The position numbers were made by a program, and so were the translations under genes. Of a stretch of 64,000 nt of DNA, positions 47,969-58,760 are shown piece by piece. The notes beneath the pieces were generated by a model. That model saw only the letters and a program-made list of their open reading frames with translations, did no database searches and had not been told where the DNA came from. Position 1 is the first letter of the stretch. The number at the start of each line of letters is the position of its first letter. The stretch comes from Candidatus Levyibacteriota bacterium (GTDB lineage Bacteria; Patescibacteriota; Microgenomatia; Levybacterales; UBA12049), in the NCBI GenBank assembly GCA_963722305.1, contig CAVRKE010000001.1, forward strand, positions 245,549 through 309,548, given 5' to 3'.

Positions 47969-48220
47969 TTGGGTAAAAGCATTTTGCTTGGAACAGTCAT
48001 CCACTATTACGATAAAATCGGGGTTGCCGTTGTTAAGCTTTCTAAGGGAATAAAAGAAGGGGATAGTGTTAAATTTGTCCACGGTGACAAAGAATTCGAA
48101 CAATCAGTCGCTTCAATGCAGTTGGAACACGAACAAATCAAATCAGGTAAAAAAGGCCAGGAAGTGGCACTAAAAGTCGACCAGGAGGTTAAAAGCGGCA
48201 CTAAAGTTTTCAGCGCTTAG
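47969..48220 (+). CDS. hypothetical small protein
   Basis: 83-aa ORF; the overlapping minus ORF is less protein-like. Confidence 0.4.
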   Translation: MGKSILLGTVIHYYDKIGVAVVKLSKGIKEGDSVKFVHGDKEFEQSVASMQLEHEQIKSGKKGQEVALKVDQEVKSGTKVFSA

Positions 48221-48234
48221 TTTTTTTTGAGAAT

Positions 48235-49500
48235 TTATTGAGTCCCTTCGTTCCAGGAGGATAAGTAAATTTTTTGTTCTTCGGTTAATTCGTCTATCGA
48301 AATCCCCATCGCTTTAAGTTTTAGAGTCGCCACTTCTTTATCAAGGTTTTCCGGCAAAACATAAACCTTATTTTTGAGCTTTCCTTTATTTTTGACAAAA
48401 AACTCCGCCGCCAAAGCCTGGTTGGCAAAAGACATATCCATCACTTCCGCCGGATGCCCTTCAGCCGCAGCCAAATTGACCAATCTTCCCTCGCCAAGTA
48501 CGTAAACTTTCTTACCCGACGGCATGACATATTCATCTAAGTTATCTCTTAATCTTCTTTTGGCTTTGGCGGTTTTCTCCAAACCTGCCATATCGATTTC
48601 GACATCAAAATGACCGGAATTGGCAATGATTGCGCCGTCTTGCAAAAGATTGATAATTTTGAGAGAAATAACGTGTTTATTGCCGGTGGCCGAAACAAAA
48701 ATATCTCCGGAGGATGCCGCGTCCTCAAGCTTCATCACTACGAATCCGTCCATTGCCGCCTCTAAAGCTTTGACCGAGTCAACTTCGGTCACCACCACTT
48801 TTGCCCCCATTCCTTTGGCCCGCATGGCGATCCCTTTACCGCACCAGCCGTAACCGCAAACCACAAACGTTTTCCCGGCCAAAAGAATGTTGGTGGCTCT
48901 AATCACTCCGTCAATTGTTGACTGTCCTGTACCGTAACGGTTGTCAAACAAATGCTTCGTATTGGAGTCGTTAACCGCGATGACCGGCAGCTTTAAAGCG
49001 CCATCTTTTTCCATCGCTTTAAGCCTGATGACGCCGGTGGTCGTTTCTTCCGACGAACCGATAACTTCACCAAGCTGTTCTTTTCTTTTGGTATGCAGCT
49101 CGTGAACAAGGTCTGCTCCGTCGTCCATGGTGATTTGCGGATGAAAGTTAAGCACCGCATTCAAATGTTCGTAATAAAGCTTACTGTCTTCACCTTTAAT
49201 GGCAAATGTCGGAATATCAAAATCCTTGACCAGCGAGGCCGCCACACTATCCTGGGTAGAAAGGGGATTGGAAGCGCAGGCGGCGACTTGGGCTCCACCG
49301 GCTTTAAGGGTGGCTAACAGATTGGCCGTCTCACTGGTAATATGCAAACAAACTCCGATGGTCAAGTTTTTGAACGGTTTTTCTCTCTCAAATCTAAGCT
49401 TGATGCTTGATAACACCTGCATTTGCTGAGAAGCCCACTCGATTTTCAGTTTTCCCTTTTCAGCCAAATTCAAATCTTTAACGTCGTATTTGTTAATCAT
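48235..49500 (-). CDS. ahcY: adenosylhomocysteinase (S-adenosyl-L-homocysteine hydrolase)
   Basis: 421 aa with SAHH family conservation throughout and an NAD-binding Rossmann GxGxxG ([10 protein letters not shown]). Confidence 0.9.
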   Translation of the reverse strand: MINKYDVKDLNLAEKGKLKIEWASQQMQVLSSIKLRFEREKPFKNLTIGVCLHITSETANLLATLKAGGAQVAACASNPLSTQDSVAASLVKDFDIPTFAIKGEDSKLYYEHLNAVLNFHPQITMDDGADLVHELHTKRKEQLGEVIGSSEETTTGVIRLKAMEKDGALKLPVIAVNDSNTKHLFDNRYGTGQSTIDGVIRATNILLAGKTFVVCGYGWCGKGIAMRAKGMGAKVVVTEVDSVKALEAAMDGFVVMKLEDAASSGDIFVSATGNKHVISLKIINLLQDGAIIANSGHFDVEIDMAGLEKTAKAKRRLRDNLDEYVMPSGKKVYVLGEGRLVNLAAAEGHPAEVMDMSFANQALAAEFFVKNKGKLKNKVYVLPENLDKEVATLKLKAMGISIDELTEEQKIYLSSWNEGTQ

Positions 49501-49504
49501 ATCC

Positions 49505-50437
49505 TTACAACTTTAACAGACTGTTAAAATTTTGTCTATACCGCTCAATAAATTCCTCTTTTGTAAACGCGTGTTCCTGTGTTCCGTAATGCTCAATTGC
49601 GTAAGCGCTCGTCAGAGCACCCATTTGTCCGGAGGTTTTTAAATCATAGTCACGTTGTAAACCGGCTAAAAAGCCCGCTCGCCAGGCATCTCCGGCGCCG
49701 GTCGGGTCAACCGCTTTTTCCACTCTGACCGCCTTAATCTCCTCAATTTTCCCCTGATGGCTAATTTGCGCTCCGTTTGCGCCAAGTGTAGTAATAATCA
49801 TTCTTTCGGCAAAGATGGTTTGCCAATCCTTAACTCTGTCCTTAATTAAAGTTATTTCGTAGTCATTGCCGATAATCATCTTTGCATTCTGAACACCAAG
49901 CGAAAGGTCCTGGTCGGAAATCTGGGTAAGGATAAACCCGGGATCAAATAGGTACGGAATTCCTAAGCTAATACACTGCTTTAGCAAAGACATGGAGCCG
50001 GCTGCGCCCGAGGGCCCGACCAAAACTAGGTCATCCTTTTTGGCGACACTTCCCAGCTTTAGGTCTTTGATTCCTTCCGCAGCGCCGTAAAAATAGCCCC
50101 AAATCTGGTTGTCGTTTTTGTCGGTCATCGCAAAACCGGTGGAAGTATAAGCATTTTTATCAATTAGCACGTTTTTGAGGCTAATTCCTAACTTTTCAAA
50201 TTCTTTTTGATAGTCGGCAAAATCTTTTCCGGCTACCGAAAATAAAATGTGCGGCGTTGATAAAAGCCCTAAAGAGTAGGAAACATTGCCGGCGGTTCCA
50301 CCGCGCCTTTTGGCAAATTTATTGACGATAAAAGACAGGTTAATTTTATGAATTTCCTGGGGGAGAATGTGCTCCGAAAACATTCCCGGAAAATCCATTA
50401 TATAATCGTAGGCGATAGTCCCTGTAACGATAATCAT
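49505..50437 (-). CDS. PfkB-family kinase, likely adenosine kinase given ahcY next door
   Basis: PfkB signature [13 protein letters not shown]. Confidence 0.8.
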   Translation of the reverse strand: MIIVTGTIAYDYIMDFPGMFSEHILPQEIHKINLSFIVNKFAKRRGGTAGNVSYSLGLLSTPHILFSVAGKDFADYQKEFEKLGISLKNVLIDKNAYTSTGFAMTDKNDNQIWGYFYGAAEGIKDLKLGSVAKKDDLVLVGPSGAAGSMSLLKQCISLGIPYLFDPGFILTQISDQDLSLGVQNAKMIIGNDYEITLIKDRVKDWQTIFAERMIITTLGANGAQISHQGKIEEIKAVRVEKAVDPTGAGDAWRAGFLAGLQRDYDLKTSGQMGALTSAYAIEHYGTQEHAFTKEEFIERYRQNFNSLLKL

Positions 50438-50555
50438 CTAAAAGATAGCTTCTTTAAGCAATATACCAGATATGGAAAAGAAAATAAACCCGAGGGCATC
50501 TTTTTAACCCGAAAAGCTTGACAAACAGGCTTAAATCTGTCATTCTAAATTATCA

Positions 50556-51134
50556 ATGAGAAAGGTTATCCTGCTCACTGCTTACCTCCTTTTAACTCCA
50601 ATTGTTTTGGCTCTGGCGCTGTCCCTGCTGACCTTTACCACCTTTCAGAAAAATAGCCTCACAGCCCTCTACAACAACCCACGAGTGGCTTTCGCCGCCC
50701 TTCCGGTAGCCTCGGGAACACTAAAAACGACTATTGTTTCCCAGGATGCAAGACTAGCTGCTGTCAAAAACTTTTTTAAAAAATATCACTCCGATCTTCT
50801 ACCATACGCTGATGAAATAATCAGCTCGGCCGACAAATATGGCCTTGATTATAAGCTGCTTCCGGCGATTGCCATGGAAGAATCAACCGGCTGCAAAAAT
50901 GCGCCAAAAGACTCATATAATTGTTGGGGATTTGGAATTTACGCCAAAAAGATTACTAAGTTTAAAAATTACCCGGAAGCAATAGATACAGTGACGCAGA
51001 CATTGGCAAAACAATATAAAGCCAACGGCTTGGAAACCCCGGAGCAAATAATGACTAAATATACTCCCGGCAGCAACGGTGCTTGGGCAAAAGGAGTTAC
51101 TCAATTCATGAATCAGCTAGCTATTAACCTATAG
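50556..51134 (+). CDS. secreted peptidoglycan hydrolase-like protein (glucosaminidase/FlgJ-like domain)
   Basis: Signal/TM; DKYGLDYKLLPAIAMEESTGCKNAPKDSYNCWGFGIY resembles the glucosaminidase domain; paralog of the next gene. Confidence 0.45.
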   Translation: MRKVILLTAYLLLTPIVLALALSLLTFTTFQKNSLTALYNNPRVAFAALPVASGTLKTTIVSQDARLAAVKNFFKKYHSDLLPYADEIISSADKYGLDYKLLPAIAMEESTGCKNAPKDSYNCWGFGIYAKKITKFKNYPEAIDTVTQTLAKQYKANGLETPEQIMTKYTPGSNGAWAKGVTQFMNQLAINL

Positions 51135-51281
51135 TTTTCCTCTTGACAAACCTATAGTCCTATGTTATAATCTTTTTCAGATCCTAAGGTATGTCTTTCC
51201 AAATACATACGTTAGGATTTTTTAATGGTTTTAATCCCTGTCTGAAGCTTTGCTAAGACTGGGACAAACACCAAAATACAT

Positions 51282-51836
51282 ATGAAGAATAAACTCTTGC
51301 TCGCTGTTTTTGCAGCAGTAATCATGCTTATTCCTAAGCCCGCGTTTGCGGATTATAACGCCACCGATTCATCCTCAATACTGCAAAACCCAAGCTTAAC
51401 ACAAGTGGGGATTGACTGCCGTGTCAGAATTCTTGCCAGCTATCTTAAGCAAAATGATTCACCTTTAGTCCCTTTTGCTGCGGATTTCGTCCAAATGGCA
51501 GATAGGTATAATCTCGATTGGAAGTTGGTTGCCGCTATTTCGGGTGTCGAATCGACTTTTGGTAAGGAAATTCCTGCCAATTCTTATAATGCCTGGGGTT
51601 GGGGAGTGTACGGAGACAATGTCGTCCGCTTTAAATCTTGGGATGATGGAATTACTACAATCTCCCAGGGCTTAAGAGAAAAATACATGGACGAGCTTGG
51701 CGGCAAGGATATCTACCAAATCGGAGCAATGTATGCCTCTTCAAACGCCTGGCCTTTTCACGTTGAATACTACATGAATGACATTGAAAATTTTGCTTTA
51801 AGAGACCCGCAAGATGCTCTTTCGATTTCTCTCTAA
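51282..51836 (+). CDS. paralogous secreted glucosaminidase-like protein
   Basis: DRYNLDWKLVAAISGVESTFGKEIPANSYNAWGWGVYGDN; TGTTATAAT upstream. Confidence 0.45.
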   Translation: MKNKLLLAVFAAVIMLIPKPAFADYNATDSSSILQNPSLTQVGIDCRVRILASYLKQNDSPLVPFAADFVQMADRYNLDWKLVAAISGVESTFGKEIPANSYNAWGWGVYGDNVVRFKSWDDGITTISQGLREKYMDELGGKDIYQIGAMYASSNAWPFHVEYYMNDIENFALRDPQDALSISL

Positions 51837-51863
51837 ATCTTGTATAATCTTTCTACCATTTAA

Positions 51864-51944
51864 GCCAAGGTGGTGAAATGGTAGACACGCATGGTTTAGG
51901 ACCATGTGCCGTAAGGCTTGGAGGTTCGACTCCTCTCCTTGGCA
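51864..51944 (+). tRNA. tRNA-Leu(UAG), type II
   Basis: Acceptor GCCAAGG/CCUUGGC, anticodon stem CAUGG/CCAUG with loop UUUAGGA, T-arm GGAGG-UUCGACU-CCUCU; TGTATAAT upstream. Confidence 0.85.
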
Positions 51945-51953
51945 CTTTATAAT

Positions 51954-52781
51954 ATGACAACAGCTATCAAAAGAGACGAAGACGGAACAATTCAGCTAAC
52001 GGTGACCATTCCTTGGGAATTAGTGAAAAAAACCAAGGAAGAAGTTATCGAAGAACATACCAAAGAAGCTCAAATGCCGGGATTTCGTAAAGGCAAGGCT
52101 CCCAAGAAACTGGTTGAAGAGAATTTAGACCAGGAGCACCTTCGGGAAGACGTTTTAAAGAAACTCCTACCACAAGGCTACGTAGAGGCTCTGAAAGAGC
52201 ACAAGCTTAATCCTGTCTTAAATCCCAAGGTTCACGTCGAAAAGCTGGAAGACGGCAAGGACTGGGCCTTTACGGCCCTTACGGCTGAGGCTCCGGAAGT
52301 AACACTCGGAAAATACAAAGATGCCGTGGCTAAAGTTACGGCCAAAGGAAAAATTATTGTTCCGGGCAAAGAACAAGCTCAAGTTAGCTTTGAAGATATT
52401 TCCCAAGCCCTTTTGGAGAGTGTTAGCTTGCAAATTCCGAAAATTATTATTGAGCAGGAAGTTGACCGGCTGTTATCACAAACTTTGGATGAGATAAAAC
52501 GTCTGGGGTTGACCCTTGATCAATATTTAGCCTCGACCGGCCGGACTATTGAGGCTTTAAGAGCGGACTACCAGAAAAAAGCCGAAACCGACATCAAACT
52601 TGAATTTGTCTTACAAAAAATCGCTGCATCCGAAGGAATTAAAGTTGAAGATAAGGAAATTGATGAAGCTATTGCCCAGGCTAAAACCGACGCGGAAAGA
52701 CAAAATCTTGCTAACAACCGTTACCTCCTGGCAGGCATCATCAGGCAACAAAAAACGCTTGATTTCCTAAGACAACTGTGA
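51954..52781 (+). CDS. tig: trigger factor lacking the PPIase domain
   Basis: GFRKGKAP ribosome-binding signature; N- and C-domains directly joined; start set at MTTAIK downstream of the tRNA. Confidence 0.8.
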   Translation: MTTAIKRDEDGTIQLTVTIPWELVKKTKEEVIEEHTKEAQMPGFRKGKAPKKLVEENLDQEHLREDVLKKLLPQGYVEALKEHKLNPVLNPKVHVEKLEDGKDWAFTALTAEAPEVTLGKYKDAVAKVTAKGKIIVPGKEQAQVSFEDISQALLESVSLQIPKIIIEQEVDRLLSQTLDEIKRLGLTLDQYLASTGRTIEALRADYQKKAETDIKLEFVLQKIAASEGIKVEDKEIDEAIAQAKTDAERQNLANNRYLLAGIIRQQKTLDFLRQL

Positions 52782-52797
52782 TATATAGGATAGTGCT

Positions 52798-53466
52798 ATG
52801 ACAGCTAAAAGTACTAATAGTAAAAGGGTCAATAAATACTTTGATAAAAACCCTGTTGAGGCTGTGCTAAGAGACACCATCGACGGGACTTTGAGCGCTG
52901 CTCAAAAAGCGATTATCCAAGAAGGCCAAGAAACAGCCAGCACGCTTTGGAGACAACTCCTGGGGGAAAATGCTGCTAACAAACCCGATAAGGAAGGACA
53001 AATGTCGGGAGACCTTACCGAAGGCGAAGAATTGGATTTGACTAGGAAACAGCAAAAACTGGCGGAAAAATTGTCCAATATTGAAGCCGGCTACGATTAC
53101 AAAAACGAGATTCTCCATTTTGAGAAAAAAGAAGCCCAAGAAACCCAAACCCAAACCAGTTCACGCGTCCAGGAAATTTTGGTGGAAATTAAAAACTTAA
53201 GCAAAAGCGTCAAAGAACTGGAAATCGAGGTCAAAGATGTCTCCATGGATAGCGTTCCGGCGAAGGCCGGAAAATATCACCAAACATTCTTTGAATATCT
53301 TTTGACAGTTTTGCGAAATGCCAGGTTAAGAGTAGAGAATTCGGCCAACTGGCTACACGCCTTAACCGGCAAAAAAGCGAAAAAGGGATATTGGGATTTG
53401 GCCAAAAAACACGGAACCAGCTACTCATTGTCTGCCGACCGGGTAGTTTCGCAACAGGTGGGCTGA
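52798..53466 (+). CDS. hypothetical protein
   Basis: 222 aa, charged and helical. Confidence 0.5.
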   Translation: MTAKSTNSKRVNKYFDKNPVEAVLRDTIDGTLSAAQKAIIQEGQETASTLWRQLLGENAANKPDKEGQMSGDLTEGEELDLTRKQQKLAEKLSNIEAGYDYKNEILHFEKKEAQETQTQTSSRVQEILVEIKNLSKSVKELEIEVKDVSMDSVPAKAGKYHQTFFEYLLTVLRNARLRVENSANWLHALTGKKAKKGYWDLAKKHGTSYSLSADRVVSQQVG

Positions 53467-53702
53467 GGCAACATTAGTTGCCGAAGTACCAAAAATCCGC
53501 AGGTTTTTGGTACTGAGATAGAGCGCTAAGTAATAAGCGACTTGTCGCGAAGTCCTTAAGCGTTAGCGAAGGAATAAAAGCGCCTCTTGACAAACGCTAA
53601 GCCTATTCCATAAAATTTATTTATACAATGAAATCTTTATCGATTGCCAAGCTCCTTATTAAGATCGCCTAACGGGCGGGGAGTTTGGCTTTTGTAAAGA
53701 AG

Positions 53703-53733
53703 CAACCCGCCTGAAAAGGGCGGTTTTTTTATG
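53703..53733 (+). terminator. rho-independent terminator-like hairpin abutting the next start codon
   Basis: CCGCC-TGAAAAG-GGCGG plus a T7 run, then ATG at 53731. Confidence 0.55.
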
Positions 53734-54141
53734 GGAAAAGAAGATAACGAAATAGCATTTGCTTACGAACAAAATCGAAGGAGAGAAAATGACGGTTTAC
53801 GACCGTATGACAGCAGTCTTATCGATAGAAATGTAGACTTAAACTGGTTTGCGCTAAATAGGGCTAGGGCGCTAGAAAGGATGATAGATATGCCGCTATC
53901 GACTCCTTTCAGAACGACAGAAACCGTAATAGCGGGTCTTCGAGAAGTAACAGTTGTAACAGGAAAAATTGAGGCTCCGGAAATAGGAGAACGGAGAGCA
54001 AGAGCGATAGACATGTTGAGACGTGAATTAATAGCGTTAGGAGAACAACCCGTAGCAGACCGAATTATAGCCAATAATGGTCTCGTTGAATCAGAAATGT
54101 TAAGAGCTGCGGAAAAGCTAACAAATGGTCAAAGAAAATGA
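53731..54141 (+). CDS. hypothetical protein (GC-richer)
   Basis: 136-aa ORF, no motif. Confidence 0.4.
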   Translation: MGKEDNEIAFAYEQNRRRENDGLRPYDSSLIDRNVDLNWFALNRARALERMIDMPLSTPFRTTETVIAGLREVTVVTGKIEAPEIGERRARAIDMLRRELIALGEQPVADRIIANNGLVESEMLRAAEKLTNGQRK

Positions 54142-54157
54142 AAGGTGGTGATATTTT

Positions 54158-54370
54158 ATGGGAACTCCAGATAATTTGAAAGGAAAACCGTTAGGGATGG
54201 ATCGACCACCTGTAAGAAAAGGTTTCCATGGTGTTGAAGGATGGCTAGATCAACATGCCAGAAGATTTGGTGACCCAAACAGAGATCAGGAATATCGTGA
54301 TCCTTATGCTAGACCGCTGAGCGTAGTTTTTAGCGCATCGCAACCTAACAAGGACGACATAATGTCGTAA
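54158..54370 (+). CDS. hypothetical protein (GC-richer)
   Basis: 70-aa ORF. Confidence 0.3.
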   Translation: MGTPDNLKGKPLGMDRPPVRKGFHGVEGWLDQHARRFGDPNRDQEYRDPYARPLSVVFSASQPNKDDIMS

Positions 54371-54443
54371 TACCAAATTGTAAAAAGAAACTTATTTTGT
54401 TAGAATTAAACGAGTCTTTGAGGGAAGGCTCGTTTAAGATTTT

Positions 54444-54517
54444 GGAGTTGTAGCTCAGTTGGTTAGAGCGTCGCATTGACATTGCGAAGGTCACAGGTTC
54501 GAATCCTGTCAGCTCCA
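54444..54517 (+). tRNA. tRNA-Val(GAC)
   Basis: Acceptor GGAGUUG/CAGCUCC, anticodon stem UCGCA/UGCGA with loop UUGACAU, T-arm ACAGG-UUCGAAU-CCUGU. Confidence 0.85.
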
Positions 54518-54746
54518 CATATTTTACCCTTACGGAGTTTACCTCAAATCAAAGCTAAATTAGTTCCAGACAATACTTTAACGTCTTGTATTTTTAGCCT
54601 CACAGCCATCAAGGAATCGAACTAACATATTTAATACGGAGTTTTGACTATAAAGTTTTAATTAGGTCTATCACTTTTATTATATCAGTCTCCGTTTTTG
54701 TTTTACAGAATTGTAAAAGATTTTAAAATCGCTAAAATTTTAAGAT

Positions 54747-54932
54747 ATGGAAGATACTGATATTGAAGAAGCAAGAGAAATTTTAGGAGATACAGCAAAA
54801 CAATTGACCGACGAGCAGTTAAAAGATATCTGTGTTGAAATACAATTTCTTGTTGAATCATGGCTTGACGAATATGAAAGGTCTGTATTTAATGGCAAAA
54901 CGCTACGAGAATTATTAGGAGAATCTGTATGA
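54747..54932 (+). CDS. small acidic protein upstream of the integrase (possible excisionase or accessory factor)
   Basis: 61 aa; ATGA overlap with the recombinase gene. Confidence 0.35.
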   Translation: MEDTDIEEAREILGDTAKQLTDEQLKDICVEIQFLVESWLDEYERSVFNGKTLRELLGESV

Positions 54933-56371
54933 AAAGCATTCCAAAGCAAGCCTTACTGTACTTAAGGGTATCTACCGAAGAACAAGTTGATAATTTTTCT
55001 TTAAAAACCCAAGAAGACATCTGCCGCAAAGAGGCTGAAAGACGAGGTTATATAATTGAAAAAATATTCAAAGAAGAAGGGAAATCAGCCAAAAATATTA
55101 GCGGCAGGCCTACGCTCGCAAAATTACTTGACTACTGTCGTAAAAATCAAAAAAGGATTGGTGCTTTAATTGTTTACAGGCTAGACCGGCTCTCAAGGCA
55201 AACTGGGGATTATCTTACTATTCGTAATAAACTAAACAATTACGGTATCGCCTTAATTTCAACCGCTGAGCCAACGGGAACATCGCCAACCGAAAAACTA
55301 ATTGAAACAATCCTGGCTGGATTCGCACAACTGGAAAACGATATTCGAGGGGAAAGATCAAGAAATGGAATGCGGACAAGATTCATGTCTGGACTTCCGA
55401 ATGGTGTTCCACCTCCGGGCTATCTAATGCTCAACGGCTATGTTGTAAAAGATATAAATTGTTTCGATAAGGTTAGAAAAGCTTGGGATATCATGGCAAC
55501 AGGAACAAAATGCTTTAAAGAAATGGCGGAAATTCTAAACAACTTTAAATTAAGAAACGGTAAGACCGGTAAACGCTATAAATTTACTCCTAAAAACATC
55601 TATCGTATCTTTAAAAATAAACATTATATGGGAGTTATAGTATCCGAAACGTATCAATTGGAAGTACAAGCCCAACATGTTCCAATGATTACTAAAGAAC
55701 AATTCTTAAAAGTACAAGAAATAATGAACGGGAACAATAAAAATAAGATAGATCTTGTACGAAAAAATCAAAATAATGAAGATTTTCCTTTAAGAAGATT
55801 TATTAAGTGTGTTAAATGCAAACAAGCTTTTACCGGCAGCTGGAGTAGTGGAAGATGCAAAAAATATGCTTATTATCATTGCAATAATAAATGCAAAAAC
55901 GCCAGCGTACCCAGAAATCTGATTCACAGTTATTTCTCTAATCTTCTTAAAGCCAGACCAGCTACGACAGAATACATTGTGTTTTATCTGTTTCTTTTGG
56001 AAAACGTATTTCAAAAGAGATTTAGCAAAATTAAGCAAAAACAGATACGAACAGCATCGCAAATTAGTAAACTTCGAAATTTTCGCCAATCGTTAATAGA
56101 TAAAAACCTTGCGGGCATTTATTCTGATAAAGATTTCAAAGAACAATTTGACCTTATTGAAGACCAATTACGCAATATGGCACTTTTTAGTAACCAAACC
56201 TCGCTGGAACAGTACACAAAAGAAGCTACTAGAGAATATATCAAAAAGAAAATAATCAACCTACCAAATTCATATGAGTCTTTTGATATAAAACAGAAAC
56301 GCACAGCAATATCTCTTTTATTCCCTAAGGGATTTGTCTGGGAATATCCAGGACTTACCGTTGTACCTTAA
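54929..56371 (+). CDS. large serine recombinase (integrase), intact
   Basis: ALLYLRVSTEEQ catalytic Ser, resolvase-domain LDRLSRQ, recombinase domain, zinc ribbon CVKCKQAF...YYHCNNKCKN, C-terminal coiled coil. Confidence 0.85.
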   Translation: MKSIPKQALLYLRVSTEEQVDNFSLKTQEDICRKEAERRGYIIEKIFKEEGKSAKNISGRPTLAKLLDYCRKNQKRIGALIVYRLDRLSRQTGDYLTIRNKLNNYGIALISTAEPTGTSPTEKLIETILAGFAQLENDIRGERSRNGMRTRFMSGLPNGVPPPGYLMLNGYVVKDINCFDKVRKAWDIMATGTKCFKEMAEILNNFKLRNGKTGKRYKFTPKNIYRIFKNKHYMGVIVSETYQLEVQAQHVPMITKEQFLKVQEIMNGNNKNKIDLVRKNQNNEDFPLRRFIKCVKCKQAFTGSWSSGRCKKYAYYHCNNKCKNASVPRNLIHSYFSNLLKARPATTEYIVFYLFLLENVFQKRFSKIKQKQIRTASQISKLRNFRQSLIDKNLAGIYSDKDFKEQFDLIEDQLRNMALFSNQTSLEQYTKEATREYIKKKIINLPNSYESFDIKQKRTAISLLFPKGFVWEYPGLTVVP

Positions 56372-56384
56372 AAGCAACTTTAAA

Positions 56385-56609
56385 CTAATCAAGAATGGGC
56401 AGTCCTTTTAAAAATCTGGCCAAATCATATTCGTAAACAAGAGGTTCTCCTTTATATACTCCAACCGTTTGACCAGAGATCCAACTCAAGAATTCTGCAA
56501 ACTTTTCTGGCTCAAGCACCTCTTTAATGTTACTTATCAGATATCCACTGTATGCATTTTTTACCTTAATTAACTTTAACTTTTGTTTATTTAGTCGTTT
56601 TTTGTTCAT
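56385..56609 (-). CDS. small hypothetical protein overlapping the 3' end of fic
   Basis: 74 aa; 4-nt overlap. Confidence 0.4.
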   Translation of the reverse strand: MNKKRLNKQKLKLIKVKNAYSGYLISNIKEVLEPEKFAEFLSWISGQTVGVYKGEPLVYEYDLARFLKGLPILD

Positions 56610-57640
56610 ATTTCTTTCAAGACATAATAAGTTGCTTTTCCCTTACCTTTTCTTTCAATTAAACCTAGTATGAGTAATTTCTTAAAATCTTGAGTTCTCG
56701 TTGCTTTAGCGCGACTGACAAGCTTTGCATAATCTCGATCCGCAATAAATCCTGTTTCTCGTATGTATTTAATGATTTTCAAGTGTTGTGTTTTTAAATG
56801 AGTTTCCGGACTAACAGCGATTTTAGGCAGTAATTTTTCTACTCTAAGCAATTCATCAATAATTCCCTCCGTAAAATATTCAAGCCAGTTGCTAAAATCT
56901 ATCTTCTCAACAAGTTCATAATAATTACCAAATTCTCCAACTGTTTGAAAGTATTTTGTAACATTTTGGTTATAGTAGTTTTCAAAACTAAAGAGGTTAA
57001 ATGTATTAAGCCCCATCGCAGCCAGTAGCGCTTTCGTAACGAGTCTCGTTGTTCTTCCGTTGCCATCCATAAAGGGGTGGATAATAACCATTTGTTTATG
57101 AAAGATACCAGCCAGAATAAGAGAATCTATCCTATTCTCATTTTCGTTAATAAATTGAACTAAATCTTCCATCATCGATTCCACGTCTTTTACATCCGGT
57201 GGAAGATAAACTGGTTGTCCGATTCTTGGATCATTTACAACTACCGGTTTCCCCCTAAGTTGTCCTGACTCAAATTCTGGCAATAATCCTTCCGTAACCT
57301 GCTTCTGAGTTCCTAAAATTAAATTAAGAGATATTTTTATATTTCCTTTACCAAGTAACTTATCTAAACTTTGTAACGCTTGATTATAATTTAATACTTC
57401 TTTTTCGCTATCCCGTATATGAGTTGGTTTTAACTTAAGAATTTTTTTGACTTCAGTTAGAGGGAGAGGATTACCTTCAATACTTGTTGAAGCGTAAGAA
57501 GAAACCTCACGCGCGGTTCTTTCTAATTCAAGCAAGATTACATTTGGGAATCTCCTGTTATTAAGCTCGTGGACTAGGTAATTTATTCTCTTTATATTTG
57601 CTAAGAGGTTATTAGTAATAGTGTATTTAGGTTTAAACAT
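56606..57640 (-). CDS. Fic-family protein (AMPylator/adenylyltransferase fold)
   Basis: HPFMDGNGRTTRL is the canonical Fic motif. Confidence 0.85.
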   Translation of the reverse strand: MFKPKYTITNNLLANIKRINYLVHELNNRRFPNVILLELERTAREVSSYASTSIEGNPLPLTEVKKILKLKPTHIRDSEKEVLNYNQALQSLDKLLGKGNIKISLNLILGTQKQVTEGLLPEFESGQLRGKPVVVNDPRIGQPVYLPPDVKDVESMMEDLVQFINENENRIDSLILAGIFHKQMVIIHPFMDGNGRTTRLVTKALLAAMGLNTFNLFSFENYYNQNVTKYFQTVGEFGNYYELVEKIDFSNWLEYFTEGIIDELLRVEKLLPKIAVSPETHLKTQHLKIIKYIRETGFIADRDYAKLVSRAKATRTQDFKKLLILGLIERKGKGKATYYVLKEI

Positions 57641-57673
57641 ATAGTCGAATTATAGTCGATTTATAGTCGATTT
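57641..57673. repeat. three tandem 11-bp direct repeats ATAGTCGA(A/T)TT directly abutting the fic start codon
   Basis: Direct reading: ATAGTCGAATT ATAGTCGATTT ATAGTCGATTT. Confidence 0.85.
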
Positions 57674-57857
57674 GCAATAGGGGAACTAAAAATTTCCCAT
57701 CGTAAAGAGTAGGATTAAACACTTAAGTCCTCCTCGCTACTTTCAATTATGACTACTTTTCCGTTATAATAAGTAAAGCCGAGCTGGGTTAGCTTGTGAG
57801 ACATAGTAATCAGGGAATCAAAGATTCTTTTCCACCTAACCACGCTAGGGCCCACAC

Positions 57858-58721
57858 TTATAAAAAACTTAGCCAAATCGCGGAAGCTATCATAATAATT
57901 GTCGCAGAAAAACGCACAAGGTAAACTCTTGTGGAATGTGTTTCCAAAAACCTAGCATATTTTTTAGACAATAAATAAGTGAATACTATTGAAAATGGTA
58001 ATGAAATTATTACACTACTTAAGGCTAGATTATGCCCATAAGCTAAGGTGGAAGTTACAGAGTATATAAAATCTGCCAACCCCAAAAATATAAATGGAAA
58101 TAATTTTTTTAAATTAAGCTTCTCCTGACTATTTTTTATAAATCTCAAGGTTGGTAAAAGAATAATTAAAGTTAAAAAATCCTGCCACAGAATAGTAGTT
58201 GCATAACCGTTTCTGGCCACCGAAATATTTGTAAATAATCCTTTAAATGCCAAAACCAACATACAGACGAGAGCAATAAAAATGTATTTTTGAAAAAAAG
58301 CTCTAAGCTTTAACTTTTCATCATAAGCAGAAAAAATGCTAAAAAAAACAATCACTGCTATTAACAGTATTCCAAGCGCATTAACTTTTTCATGAAGAAT
58401 TACAACTCCTAAAATAACCGCAAATACAGTTCGCAGACTAAATAACGGACTCAATGCTGTAATGTCCATTTTGAAAAGTGAAAGTGTATAGAAAATATAA
58501 AATAAGGCAGAACAAAATGACAACATTAATATTGATATCCAATCTTGCGGCAAGCCTCCACCCTTGATGAGAGCAAAAACTACAATCAGAGGAATTCCGG
58601 AGGCAGTCCAAAGTACATTAAACAACCAAGGATTTTTAATCAAAGACTTACTGGATGCTTTGATGATGAGAGGCTCGATTCCCGAAGTAATGCTGGCAAT
58701 CCAGGCAAATAGTATACCCAT
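57858..58721 (-). CDS. EamA/DMT-family transporter
   Basis: About 10 TM helices in two EamA-like halves; start set at MGILFAW to avoid overlap with the HD gene. Confidence 0.7.
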   Translation of the reverse strand: MGILFAWIASITSGIEPLIIKASSKSLIKNPWLFNVLWTASGIPLIVVFALIKGGGLPQDWISILMLSFCSALFYIFYTLSLFKMDITALSPLFSLRTVFAVILGVVILHEKVNALGILLIAVIVFFSIFSAYDEKLKLRAFFQKYIFIALVCMLVLAFKGLFTNISVARNGYATTILWQDFLTLIILLPTLRFIKNSQEKLNLKKLFPFIFLGLADFIYSVTSTLAYGHNLALSSVIISLPFSIVFTYLLSKKYARFLETHSTRVYLVRFSATIIMIASAIWLSFL

Positions 58722-58760
58722 TAGTTGATTATAACAAATGAATAGTTCTACAATAATAAT

